A DNA stretch of 64,000 nucleotides from the NCBI GenBank assembly GCA_963767735.1, contig CAVYES010000005.1, positions 32,001 through 96,000 on the forward strand, in the 5' to 3' direction. The DNA is from Candidatus Bathyarchaeota archaeon. Its GTDB lineage: Archaea > Thermoproteota > Bathyarchaeia > Bathyarchaeales > Bathycorpusculaceae. A program made the position numbers and the translations under genes. Within the stretch, counting starts at the first letter, position 1, and each line of letters opens with the position of its first letter. Shown here piece after piece: positions 27,558 to 38,228 of the stretch. The notes below the pieces were generated by a model that was not told where the DNA came from, searched no databases, and saw only the letters and a list, made by a program, of their open reading frames with translations.

Positions 27558-28543
27558 TTAATACTTCATTTTTGTAAATATGTGTTTATCTCCGAAAATG
27601 CTTTCCTCTTTAAAGCCCTGATTTAACAGTTCAATAGCTTCTTCTGCTGTTGTGGCTATTTTGCTTACGCGTGTTGTGTTTGCGCTGAACTCTGTTAAGC
27701 CTCTGAGATAATCCATTGTTGTATTGATTTCTTTATGTCTCATAAAATGCATTGTGGCGATTGGGTCTTTTCCCATTGTTAAGTAAAATATTGCGCCAGC
27801 ATAGTTTCTAAGGTCCTTCATTTGGATATTTAGGATTTCTTTGTTGCATAGTTTTTTAGCGGTTGTGCGTCTTGCACATCTCCATGATTCTCTTATGGAT
27901 TCCACTTTTGGAAATGGATATTCACGTTGGTGTGTGGCTAAATATTGTCGTAGCATTTCTGCGGTTTGGTCTTGGAGTTTATAGGTTCCGTTGTCGTGTC
28001 TTTTAACGCCGATAACGCTAATGGTTCCCTGTTCGGGGTTTATCTGGTTAAGTGGAACCATGCTTAACTCGTAACCTTCGATAGCTGTCTCTGATAGAAT
28101 TTTAAATATAACGCCTATGCGTTTTGGCGCATTTGCGATTATTGCGTTTATATAGTCTGTCTTTGGAATTAACGGAATTGCTGATTTATAGCAGAATGAG
28201 GGTTTATGATATTCTATGTTGTTTACACCACAGAATATTTCATAGCTGTTCGCTATTTTTTTTTATATCCGTCTTTCCAAAATTCCTCTGTGGGTAACAT
28301 TGTTTGAGGGTCTGTTTTCTTGGCAGTTGCAATATAATTATTAACTGTTTCGGGGCTAAAAATGTCAACGTGTTTGTTTAGCCTATATAGGTTTTTTTCT
28401 ATGTCCTTAACAGTTTTGGGTTTGCATCCTCTGTTTTGGATGCAGTAAACTGTTTTTGCTATTGCTGTTGACACTTCCGTTTTTTCTACGGGTTGAACTT
28501 GTTTTCTAAATGTTTGAGGTAACGGTTTAAATTCTTGGGTCAT
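27558..28543 (-). pseudogene. Tyrosine integrase split by a frameshift at an A9 run (28256-28264)
   Basis: ORF 28253-28543 joins in the -1 frame via IANSYEIFC...ETAIEGYEL to ORF 27558-28061, which has KDLRNY and MRHKEINTTMDY; may be intact if the indel is a sequencing error. Confidence 0.8.
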
Positions 28544-28617
28544 GTTTTTATGCTCCTTTTATTTTTTACTCGACAGGTTACGCTTTGACTTGGCACGTCT
28601 AACGCTAACCAGCCGAG

Positions 28618-29229
28618 TTGAAAAACATGAGCCAAAGAGGCATTTTCATCTGCATAGAAGGCTTAGACGGAAGCGGAAAAACTACGCAGGCAAAAATTTT
28701 AGCTGAAAGGCTCTACAAAAGCCACCGTGCGGTTTACACTGCAGAACCTAGCCGAGGCAAAATAGGCACTTTCATTCGAGATTGCTGTCTCTATGACGGG
28801 AAACGTCTTCCAACGGAAGCTGAAGCGCTGCTGTTCGCGACGGATCGTATTGAGCATGTGCAAAATGAGATAGCTCCCTTTTTAGCCGAAGGAAAGATAG
28901 TGATTTGCGACCGCTATGTTTATTCGTCTTTAGCCTACCAAGGCAGCGCTGGCCTCAGCTTGGCTTGGATTAAAACTATTAATGCCCGTGCACTGCAACC
29001 TGACTTCACCATTTTCATCGATGTGCCTCCAGAACGGGTGCTGGAACGTTTGAAGAGAAAGAGGTCTGTGATGGAAACGTTGGAAATACAGCGAAAAGTT
29101 CGAGAAGTCTACCTAAAGTTTGTAGATGAGGGCGAGCTTATCAAGATAGATGGCGACAAACCAAAAAACACCGTGGCAGATGAGCTGTACTTGAAAATTT
29201 TGAGTTTACTTAAAGTAAATAGCACCTGA
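28618..29229 (+). CDS. tmk: Thymidylate kinase (host copy)
   Basis: EGLDGSGKTT, AEPS, CDRYVYSSLAYQ. Confidence 0.94.
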   Translation: MKNMSQRGIFICIEGLDGSGKTTQAKILAERLYKSHRAVYTAEPSRGKIGTFIRDCCLYDGKRLPTEAEALLFATDRIEHVQNEIAPFLAEGKIVICDRYVYSSLAYQGSAGLSLAWIKTINARALQPDFTIFIDVPPERVLERLKRKRSVMETLEIQRKVREVYLKFVDEGELIKIDGDKPKNTVADELYLKILSLLKVNST

Positions 29230-29248
29230 AAAAGAGAAAGTTTGTGGT

Positions 29249-30373
29249 TTAGTCTTCTCTCCACTTGAATAGTTTAACGGCTAAAACGAAGAATACGACC
29301 GTTATCACAGCAGTTACTGCAAGGTCAATGATTGCTCCACTGTAGTTTGCGTAGACCATGACGTTGTTTAAGCCTTGAATTATGTAGAATAGGGGTAGCA
29401 CGTGGGCGATGCTCTGTAGGTATTGCGGCATGATGGCGATTGGGAAGAATGTGCCGGAGAGGAACATCATTGGGAACGTCACTACGTTTCCTATTACGCC
29501 TGCAGTCTCAGGGTTCTTTGTTATGGTTCCAACTAACATGCCTAACGCAGCGAACAGCATTGGACCCAGAATTAGGAAGGGGATAAGCCAGATGGTTAAC
29601 GTTATGTTCGCGCCATAGAGGAGGATTCCTACGGCAACCATAAGTACGAAGCTGAAAGCCCCCAAGGCAATATACCACATCATTTTAGAGGTTAGCCACT
29701 CTATTTTTGTGAGCGGCGTAAGAGACAATTGCTTGAAGATTTTTGTTTTCTTGTACTCTGAGGATATGTTAACAAGCGAGAACATTGGGCTTACAAGTAT
29801 GGCAAAACCAATCAAGCCTGGAACAAGAAAGTCAATGTATTTGGTTTGATGGGTGATTCACTGTAGTCTGGGTTACGCTGATTATGGGTGTGGCGTTTTG
29901 TTTGTAATAGTTCAGATTGAAATAGCTTATAACTCCACTAACTAATTCGACTTACTGCACTGCTAGTGCTCGAAGTTGGATTACCGTAGACTATCACGTT
30001 TACAGGAATACCCGCTAAATAGTTAGCTGAGAAGTTTTCAGGAATAATGATGCCGTCAGATGCTGATTGGGCAGCTAGGTACTTTGTAAAGTTATCCGAA
30101 TTAGGTACCAATGTTATTTGGATTACGCCCGAACTGTTAAGCGTGGTTTAAAAACTGTTGGGCTATATTCATTTGTGGCGACGCAAACGGGCCAGTGTCC
30201 TGGTTCTGAACATAAACATTGACAGCTGGTACTGCTGCTCGAGAAAATTGCGCCGAAAATCAAGATTAGAATTACTGGGAATATTAAGTCCGAAGAATAA
30301 TCCAAACTTGTTTCTTAGATACCCACGGCTAAATACTTTGAAATCTGACAGGATTCTTTTTCCAGCTGCCCAT
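29249..30373 (-). CDS. ABC-2 type permease (several frameshifts)
   Basis: Fragments MGSWKRILSDFK...IFPVILILIFG and FPMMFLSGTFFP; coupled to the ATPase. Confidence 0.82.
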
Positions 30374-30376
30374 TTT

Positions 30377-31348
30377 TTAGCGCCCCTGTTGATTGTCAGG
30401 TTTGTTTTTGTTTTCATCAGCATCAATGATTTCGCCATGCTCATCCACTCTTCCGCTTACAAGCTTGACGAACACGTCGTCTAAGCTGTCGCGGCGTGTC
30501 TGAATGTCTCCATAGTCCATTTTTGATTGATCAGCAGCGGCTAAAGCTGCCAGTGCATCGATTTTCTGTTTGAGCGGTATACTAATTACGCTTCTATGCC
30601 TATCGTAGTCAACTTGCAGTTCAGTGTTTGCTTTGATATAATGAGCTAATTCTTCGGTTCCGTGAATTTCAAGTCTTTCTCCTGAACCATGCTGCGCAAT
30701 GATTTCATCTGAGGTTCCCATAGCAACAATGTGCCCGTGGTCCATGATGGCTACTCTGTCCGCTAATTGCTGGGCTTCATCTAAGTAATGAGTCGTTAAA
30801 ATGATTGTTTTACCTTTAGCTTTCAATCCACGTATGACATCCCAGATTGCTCTTCGAGCGTTCGGATCCAATCCAGTGGTGGGCTCATCAAGAAAGAGCA
30901 TTTCAGGAGTGCCCACAAGTGAAAGAGCAAGCCCTGTTTTCTGTTTCTGCCCGCCAGAAAGACTGTCAAAATTGGTTTTAGCGGATTCCTCAAGCAAAAC
31001 CTCTTTTAAAATTTCATCAGGATTAACTTTAATGTCGAAGAGGTCGGCATAGTATATTATGGCTTCTCTTGGGGTTATTTTTTCCAAAAAAGTGAACTCT
31101 TGAGGTATGACGCCGATTTTCTTGTGAAGTTCATAACCGTTTTTCCATGGGTCAAGACCAAGAACTTTCACGTCTCCGCCGTCTTTTGCTCTTAAGCCTT
31201 CCAAAATTTCTATGGTGGTGGTTTTGCCTGCGCCGTTTGGACCTAAAAGACCGAAAACTTCACCTTTGCTAACTGTGAATGAGATGTCATCTACGGCTTT
31301 CAAATCTCCATAGCATTTCTTGAGAGCAGAAACTTCAATCGGAATCAA
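30377..31348 (-). CDS. ABC transporter ATP-binding protein
   Basis: GPNGAGKTT, LSGGQ, LDEPTTGLD, TTH. Confidence 0.95.
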   Translation of the reverse strand: MIPIEVSALKKCYGDLKAVDDISFTVSKGEVFGLLGPNGAGKTTTIEILEGLRAKDGGDVKVLGLDPWKNGYELHKKIGVIPQEFTFLEKITPREAIIYYADLFDIKVNPDEILKEVLLEESAKTNFDSLSGGQKQKTGLALSLVGTPEMLFLDEPTTGLDPNARRAIWDVIRGLKAKGKTIILTTHYLDEAQQLADRVAIMDHGHIVAMGTSDEIIAQHGSGERLEIHGTEELAHYIKANTELQVDYDRHRSVISIPLKQKIDALAALAAADQSKMDYGDIQTRRDSLDDVFVKLVSGRVDEHGEIIDADENKNKPDNQQGR

Positions 31349-31391
31349 CTAAGTTTTCCTCCAGTTTCCTTGGTTATTTTGTAAGTCTGCC

Positions 31392-32141
31392 TTATTTCTG
31401 GGTTTCGCTTTTACCTCGTAGCGCGCTCTCCGTGCCCGTTTCTTGTCGATTGAGCTCGTATGGTCGATCATACATTTTCGCTTTGGCATTGTTTTCTTTT
31501 GCCAGTTTGTTCCAGCCTCTTTTGCCGAACAGACGTGTCATAGTCTTTGCCAGAAAAAGCGGGACGAAAAGGGTGGAGGCTAAATCTTCAGCTTCTTCTG
31601 ATATGGGTTGACCCGTTGAAAGGTTGATGGACGCTAACGAAAGACCTCTCGTAAGTTTTCGGGTCATGCCTTTCTTTTCGTTCAGTGGTTCACTGTTGAG
31701 AGCCATACCCCAACCAACTCGAATTCCTCCTCCCCACGTGAAATTTGACGCTTGAGCGAAGTTTCGAATGATTTTGACGGCGATATCCATGTGCTCCTTT
31801 TCTGGGAAGCCGCTGTTTATAATTGTAACAAAGAGCTGCGATTTTGTTGGCAATACAGCTTTTCGATGTTCATGAATTAGTTCCATGGCTTTGATGGTTG
31901 GCGAGGGGAAACTGTCAACGTATAATGGAGTGGCAAGGACTATTATGTCAGCGTTGTCAACGGACTTCAATAATTTCTCTGTGCCTTCGCGCGTGTTAAC
32001 TGAGCGGGTGGCAAACGCTTCTTCAGAAACTAGGCCTTTTTCTTCCAATTTGTCTACTAAGAATTTTCCAATCGCATAAGAGTTGCTTCTTTCGATTCTT
32101 GGGCTTCCAATTAATAACAGAACGTTTCTCGGTTGGCTCAT
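31392..32141 (-). CDS. Flavodoxin-like NAD(P)H-dependent oxidoreductase
   Basis: LIGSPR, ATPLYVDSFP, NSGFPE. Confidence 0.82.
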   Translation of the reverse strand: MSQPRNVLLLIGSPRIERSNSYAIGKFLVDKLEEKGLVSEEAFATRSVNTREGTEKLLKSVDNADIIVLATPLYVDSFPSPTIKAMELIHEHRKAVLPTKSQLFVTIINSGFPEKEHMDIAVKIIRNFAQASNFTWGGGIRVGWGMALNSEPLNEKKGMTRKLTRGLSLASINLSTGQPISEEAEDLASTLFVPLFLAKTMTRLFGKRGWNKLAKENNAKAKMYDRPYELNRQETGTESALRGKSETQK

Positions 32142-32712
32142 GATATTACCTCCACCTTCTTCAGTTGCTCCTCAACAAAGGCGGGTATAGTTTCTGGGTT
32201 TTTATCCTCGCTGGAAAACGCTGGCAGCATGGGTTGGAGGCCGAAAATTGAGCATGTTCCGTTCAGCCAGCGCCATAAAGGTTTCTTCATAGTTTACGCC
32301 GGGTTCTTGCACTCCGATTACGAGTAGCTTTGGATATTTCTTGTAGCGCATCTCGTGATGGATTTGCCCGTGGTATATTTGGAAATACGGCAATAAAATC
32401 GGGATAATGCGGTCGAGTGCCTTCTTCAGTTCAGAGGAGTATCCGCCGAACGTAACTGGAGTCAGCCACACCAGCAGGTCGCTCTGGAAGGCTTTCCTGG
32501 TGGTTTCCCGTCCCTCGTCATCAATCACGCATGTTCCCGGAGTCTTAACCCAACAGCCGAAACAGCCTATGCAATTAGCAATCTGCATGTCGCGCAGTTC
32601 GATGGGCTCAACCTCCCATTTTTCCTTGGTCAATTGATCGGCAATGATTTTTTCTATCGCTTTAATAGTCAGGATCGCCTTCTTTGGCTCCGTTAAAGAT
32701 TACAGCTTTCAT
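32138..32712 (-). CDS. Iron-sulfur flavoprotein/flavodoxin family protein (frameshifted ends)
   Basis: CIGCFGCWVKTPGTC, TPVTFGGYS, LDR; core ORF 32202-32633. Confidence 0.82.
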
Positions 32713-33384
32713 TTTTTTAGCTCTCCATTTTTTTGGTTTGAGTGTTCTCTAGCAAACGGCGCAGAGCTTGTAGTGTGAACTTGAATGTAGCGTCTTTCTC
32801 TGCGTTCGCCTTTTTCAGAACCGATCTCAAAACCTGGTGGAAGCAGTATCATGGATCTTGTCGACTGAATGAGGAAAATCGATGTCTGAATCGGGTCCAG
32901 GTCAGGTTTTATGGAGCCATCTTTTATGCCCAAGACAACAGCATCTGATAATATTTTGAGGCTTTCGCGACTTGCTTTCATTAATTCCGCTGCGTTTACG
33001 TCATCACTAGTTGCAACGAGCAGGTTTTCAGCTTCCATTAACATGCGAAAATAGTGGGGGTGGCGCTTATAGAACTCATAATAGGCTTCACCTATTGCAT
33101 AACTTTTTTCCAATCCGCTTTTTCTTTTGTCTGCTGCGTCTTTAAACATGGCGTTCATTATGTGCTGCTCCTCTTAAAGCGACCGCTGAGTACAGGGCTT
33201 CTTTGCTCTTAAAGTACAGGTATAATGTGCCTTTCGCAAGCTGTGACTTCTCCGCAATTTCCTCTATGGTTATTTCGTCATAATGTTTAGAGAAAAAAAG
33301 CGTCTGGGCAGCGTCTAAAATGAGTTTGCGACGTTGTTCCTTCTCTTTTTCTCTTCTTTTCAAAGTTGACATTATGACCGACAT
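32709..33384 (-). CDS. TetR/AcrR family regulator (frameshifted)
   Basis: HTH ITIEEIAEKSQLAKGTLYLYFKSKE in 33142-33384; C-terminal domain in 32709-33158. Confidence 0.88.
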
Positions 33385-33409
33385 CCATTATTTGACTTTA
33401 AGTCTGTTA

Positions 33410-33424
33410 ATGACTAACAGTCAT
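33410..33424. promoter_or_regulatory. Putative TetR operator ATGACT-AAC-AGTCAT
   Basis: Palindrome just upstream of tetR, with a second similar site TGACTTTAAGTC at about 33393. Confidence 0.55.
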
Positions 33425-33529
33425 AAACTCTTATAAACCTATCCATTCAGAATCACGAGACGCGCTTTACGGAATTATGCTCAGAAATATAATCGATACA
33501 ATTAGTCTCCTTCATCATTAGGCTTTACG

Positions 33530-33991
33530 TTATGCTACAGGTTGTTTTTTCAAAATTTTTCTGTTTGAAGTTTCATTTATTTTGTTAAAAATAAACAGTG
33601 TTAAATCTTCTGGCGATAAGTATCTTGGTCCTTTTTTATGGAAAACTTGAATTTCCAAAATGTCTTTGTCGTATAAAGTTCGGAGAAGGTAATAATCAAA
33701 TTTTAGCGCCTGCTTTTTTTCTCCCTTATAGTAACGTATGGCACAGAAGAAATCCATCGTACGCAAATTCTCTTTACCCAGCAGGTTTCGTATTTTTTTT
33801 ACTTCTTCCTCATCAATATAGTTGAATTCTCCAGTGTCCGCCAACCCGAACTCAAAAATTAATTTACAGTCAGGTATAGTTGGGTTGGCAGCTTCTTCAA
33901 AACTGAATTCTTTTCTGTTTATTTCATAAAAAACTTGGACTAGTCTTTGTTGAAGTTGTTTGCTTGGAGAGAATTGAATTAAAGGTCTCAA
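33530..33991 (-). CDS. Conserved hypothetical protein (N-terminus probably frameshifted, LGFYENFP near 34030)
   Basis: FEFGLAD, LKFDYYLLR, GPRYLSPEDL. Confidence 0.65.
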   Translation of the reverse strand: MRPLIQFSPSKQLQQRLVQVFYEINRKEFSFEEAANPTIPDCKLIFEFGLADTGEFNYIDEEEVKKIRNLLGKENLRTMDFFCAIRYYKGEKKQALKFDYYLLRTLYDKDILEIQVFHKKGPRYLSPEDLTLFIFNKINETSNRKILKKQPVA

Positions 33992-34124
33992 CTAGGTGAA
34001 TGCTTGATGGGAAATTTTCATAAAAACCCAGCGGCAAGATAGTTCTGCTCAAGCTTTCTTCATTTTCTTACTTTATCAAGGGTGTTTAGCAATTCAGAAA
34101 GTGTGACTGCTGAGTTTTTGTAGT

Positions 34125-34445
34125 TCATCTAAGTTTTCGGTTTTTTCGATTTTGCCTTGTAGATTCTTGCATCTTCGCTGAGAGTGTTGCTTCGAGTTTA
34201 TCGTAGGCTGTGTTGGCTGCGGCTTGTTTTGGCGGTTCTTCGCCTTCTTTAACTATTACTACTTTTTTTTCATCATTTGCGCACCAAAGAGTGCCGTCTT
34301 TTAGCCTGAAGAGTGGGGACGCGCAGACTGGGCATGCCAGGTCGGTTAGGGTGGCGCCTTGTGTTAGCAGGTCAGCCATGCGTTTAATAGGAGTGTTTTC
34401 AGTTTTTTCTTGCAATTTTAGAACCCCAAAGTAAATACGTCTCAA
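34125..34445 (-). CDS. UPF0148 / Sjogren autoantigen-like zinc-finger protein (C-terminus frameshifted)
   Basis: MADLLTQGATLTDLACPVCASPLF. Confidence 0.85.
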   Translation of the reverse strand: MRRIYFGVLKLQEKTENTPIKRMADLLTQGATLTDLACPVCASPLFRLKDGTLWCANDEKKVVIVKEGEEPPKQAAANTAYDKLEATLSAKMQESTRQNRKNRKLR

Positions 34446-34467
34446 TGCTTATATAAGCAGTTACTAC

Positions 34468-34773
34468 GTGACTTGCAGTAGGGAGTGCCGATTTATGGTT
34501 AGAAAGAAAAAAGCTGAAGAATACGACGCTAAGATTAAGCAAGCGTTGCAAGTGCTTGGAGAGGTTTCTGAGGACAGCACAACGCCAAGAAACATCAGGC
34601 GTTCCGCAAAAGACGCTATGAATTCCCTGCAAAGCTCCGAATACACGGTTGCAGTGCGAGCTTCAAACGCAGTGTCGCTTCTGGATGAAATTTTGCAAGA
34701 CCCAAACATGCCCCCCTACACTCGGGTAAAACTTTGGAACGTTATGAGTTTTATTGAAGCCATAAAAGACTAG
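34468..34773 (+). CDS. UPF0147 family protein
   Basis: DSTTPRNIRR, DPNMPPYTR. Confidence 0.9.
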   Translation: MTCSRECRFMVRKKKAEEYDAKIKQALQVLGEVSEDSTTPRNIRRSAKDAMNSLQSSEYTVAVRASNAVSLLDEILQDPNMPPYTRVKLWNVMSFIEAIKD

Positions 34774-34826
34774 TAGTCTTCAAACTTTTGTTTTCAATTA
34801 TTTATCTTAAAAAAAGTTAGCATTGC

Positions 34827-35327
34827 TCACGTTTGCTTATCAGTATCCGTTAGTTGTTTTGCCAGTTTCTTTGATTCCTTGTATGCGATGGCGCAGTGTA
34901 TGCAGCAGAACGCTGTTTCTCTGCCGTCGATGACTTCTCGGTAGCCGCCCTCGTAGACTTTGCATCCGCAGTGGGCGCAAACGTAGAGGCTTGGTTCAAT
35001 AGCGATTGCTACTAGCTCGGCAAAGCGCTTGAAAAGATCAGTGCATAATTCCCTGCCTGCCTGTGTTAGCTCAAAGATTTTTCTTTCTTTCTCGCCCACC
35101 GGTTTTATTGTGTGTTTAACTAAGCCTTTTTCTTCTAGTTGCTGCAGGAACGGGTAAACTAGGCTTGGGCTCACTTCTTTTTTGACTCTTTTTCTGAATC
35201 TGCTAATAATGCTGTAACCGTGTGAGGGCCCCTCGTACAGTATGGTGAGTATGTAGAAGCGTGAGAAATCGGAGATTAATTCATCAATGTTTTCGGATTG
35301 CGTCTTACTGGGCATGTTTTTCTTCAT
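34827..35327 (-). CDS. PadR family regulator with C-terminal metal-binding (TRASH-like) motif
   Basis: HGYSII, SPSLVYPFL, CAHCGC...FCCIHC. Confidence 0.85.
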   Translation of the reverse strand: MKKNMPSKTQSENIDELISDFSRFYILTILYEGPSHGYSIISRFRKRVKKEVSPSLVYPFLQQLEEKGLVKHTIKPVGEKERKIFELTQAGRELCTDLFKRFAELVAIAIEPSLYVCAHCGCKVYEGGYREVIDGRETAFCCIHCAIAYKESKKLAKQLTDTDKQT

Positions 35328-35397
35328 GACTATTGGAATTTTTGTTATTATAAATGTTCTTCAATACACTTGAAATCCTCTGGCAATTCCCAGAAAC

Positions 35398-36865
35398 ATG
35401 CAGTCTGCTTCTATGATTAATTCACCAACAAATATATGCCACCTGTTACATGTAGTTCTGGGTTCCAAGGGGGTAGTGCCTATGAAATATGACGTAATAA
35501 TTGTGGGTGCAGGACCAGCAGGCATCTTCTCAGCGCTAGAACTAACCGAGAAAACAAACTTGAACGTCCTGATACTTGACAGAGGGGCAGACATAGATAA
35601 ACGCAAATGCCCATCCAGCCGAGGGTTCGAATGTGTCCATTGTGAACCATGCTCAGTTCTTTCAGGCTGGGGCGGAGCAGGCGCTTACAGTGACGGAAAA
35701 CTAACTTTGTCAACAGAAGTTGGCGGTTGGCTGAACCAGTACGTTTCAACCAAAGAGCTCCAAGCCCTAGTTAAATACGTAGATGGCGTCTACCTCAAAT
35801 TCGGGGCAAGCGAGCAAGTTTACGGTGGAGATAGCGAAAAAGTTGATGAAATAGACCGCCAGGCTTCGCTTGCTGGCTTGAAGCTTATCAGGCAAGAAGT
35901 TCGCCACATGGGTACCGACAAATGCCTAGAAACGCTACAGCGGATGCGTAAAGAACTCAACGGCAAAATCACTTTCCGGCCAAAAACAGATGTGAAAGGA
36001 TTAATCGCTGAAAACCACCTCATCCAAGGCGTGGAAACAGTAGACGGCGAAAAAATCTTAGGAAAATACGTCATAATTGCTCCTGGGAGAAGCGGGGCAG
36101 AATGGCTTCAAACTGAAGCTCAGATTCGAGGATTAAAAACCATAAACAACCCTGTTGATATCGGCGTACGCGTTGAAGTTTTAGCTTCAGTTATGGAGAA
36201 CCTGACTAAAGCGCTTTATGAGCCAAAACTAGTTTATTACTCACGACTTTTCGACGACATGGTCCGCACTTTCTGTGTGTCGCCTTACGGCGAAGTCACC
36301 ACTGAATCATACGATGGCGTCTTAACAGTTAACGGCGGAAGCTACGCTGAAAGAAAAACTGACAACACAAACTTCGCCATCTTAGTAAGCACCTCCTTCA
36401 CGGAGCCCTTCAAAGAACCTATTGCTTACGGCAAATACGTTGCCCGCCTTTCAAACCTCTTAAGCGGCGGAGTGATGGTTCAGCGCCTAGGCGACTTAGT
36501 TGGCTGGGCGCCGCTCAACTCCAGAACGCCTATCCAGAAGCGTAGTCGTACCAACTTTGAAGAATGCTACGCCTGGCGATTTAAGCTTCGTTTTGCCCTA
36601 CCGTTACTTAGCGGACATACGTGAGATGCTTCAAGCTTTAGATGTGATAGCGCCAGGAGTTCACTCAAGAGATACATTGCTCTACGGCATAGAAGTCAAG
36701 TTTTACTCTTCACACTTGCAACTAAACAATGCGTTAGAAACCAAAATCCAAAATATGTTCACCATCGGCGACGGGGCGGGCGTGACACGCGGTTTAATTC
36801 AAGCTTCAGCATCAGGCGTGATAGTCGCTAGGGAGATTCGGAAACGTGAACATTTGGGCGCTTAA
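35398..36865 (+). CDS. FAD-dependent oxidoreductase (frameshift near 36500)
   Basis: GAGPAG, GGAGAYSDGKL, IGDGAGVTRG; likely start 35482. Confidence 0.88.
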
Positions 36866-36868
36866 GTA

Positions 36869-37615
36869 ATGGATACTGTAGCTCAAGAAATCAAGTGCAG
36901 CCACTGCGGTGCTCCAGTCGACTTTAAGCCTGGAGAAATAATCGCTACCTGCAAATACTGCGGCTTTAACACCGTCATCGAGACGGGGCAAGCATTCACG
37001 TTTGAGCATTCTCTTATTCTCAACAGATTTGACCAAAAAAGTATAGATGGACCGATTCAGGATTGGATGCGCGGCGGCTTCTTGAAGCCAGGCGACCTCG
37101 CTAAGAAATCAAAGATTGCGCAGCGCGACCTGGTTTATTTGCCATTTTGGGTTGTTTCGGTGGAGGCTAAAAGCACCTACAAGGGAATATTCGAACGCAT
37201 AGCTCCAGCCATAGTTAAAGAAGGCACAATCTCTAAGGAATATGAGTGGCTGGTTTTGGCACGTGAAGCTTCGGGTTTCCCGACGCGTGAATACTTGGTT
37301 CCTTTGGAAGGTAAAATTCCTTTTGACTTTCGTAAAATCGAAGGCTTCGCCAAGCTTTTAAATAGCGAAATGGACCGTGATGCCGCTTTAGAAATTGCTA
37401 AGCAACAAATCGAGGATCACCACCGTTTCCTTCTCCAGCAAGACGTGGATAAAATAGTTGAGATAAAAACAGAAGTCACCGCCAAGCAGGAGGTCTACTT
37501 GCACGCGCCCCTATGGTTCATTAAATATGAGTACAAAGGCAAGATTTACCAGTTAATAATTGAAGGAACCGGCGGAACAGCCCTAAAAGGTGATATTCCC
37601 TCTTCCAGATTCTAA
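36869..37615 (+). CDS. Zinc-ribbon-containing protein
   Basis: CSHCGA...CKYCG, VYLPFW. Confidence 0.75.
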   Translation: MDTVAQEIKCSHCGAPVDFKPGEIIATCKYCGFNTVIETGQAFTFEHSLILNRFDQKSIDGPIQDWMRGGFLKPGDLAKKSKIAQRDLVYLPFWVVSVEAKSTYKGIFERIAPAIVKEGTISKEYEWLVLAREASGFPTREYLVPLEGKIPFDFRKIEGFAKLLNSEMDRDAALEIAKQQIEDHHRFLLQQDVDKIVEIKTEVTAKQEVYLHAPLWFIKYEYKGKIYQLIIEGTGGTALKGDIPSSRF

Positions 37616-37689
37616 GCCAGATAAGTTCTAACAAACTTTAAAAGCGACCTTTTATTATCAACGAATATTAAAAAAGGCGGATATGTAAA

Positions 37690-38227
37690 ATGAGCGATAA
37701 TAACGATATGTTATCGAAAGTTCAAGGTCAGATGTCTCTTCCTGAGAAGATAGCTGCATTTGTTCCTGGTTTCCGCGGTTACAAAGAGAAGGAACTGCGA
37801 CGCGAAAGCGACAGGCTAATCAGGAATCACCTGTACCTGAAGCTGTCACATTGAAAAGACAGATTTGAGGGAAATTGAGCAGAAGTTAGCTGACCGCCGC
37901 TACTTCGACGTTCTCACGGATATGGATCGACTATTAGCTAAGATGGACCGTGTTGTTGAGAAAGTTAATCATGCCGTGTACGGGTACAGCGGGTTTTTTG
38001 ACGCTGTCAAAGTCAAAGAAGACAATCTTGACAACATGATAGCTTTCGACAATAAGCTTATAGACGGAATAACCTCTTTGACCACCGAAATCGACGCTTT
38101 CAAAGCAGATTTAGCCAGCGGCGTAACAACAAACCTAAAAACTCGGGTTCAGAATGTAACTGATAAGCTTGAAAGTTTAGAAAACACGTTTGATCAACGT
38201 AATGAAGTAATTATGGGAATGAGTTAA
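37690..38227 (+). CDS. Conserved helical hypothetical protein (frameshift near 37850)
   Basis: FVPGFRGYKEKELRRESDRLIR joins to HAVYGYSGFFD. Confidence 0.7.
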
Positions 38228-38228
38228 A

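Larger units (their letters stand above)
23693..28614. mobile_element. Integrated island bounded by 18-bp direct repeats GTCTAACGCTAACCAGCC
   Basis: Identical repeats at 23693-23710 and 28597-28614; tyrosine integrase next to the right repeat; AT-rich cargo. Confidence 0.88.

Noticed and set aside
27291-27626. 111-aa plus-strand ORF in the tmk island
   Set aside because: T-rich low-complexity sequence overlapping the integrase 3' end; no supportable function
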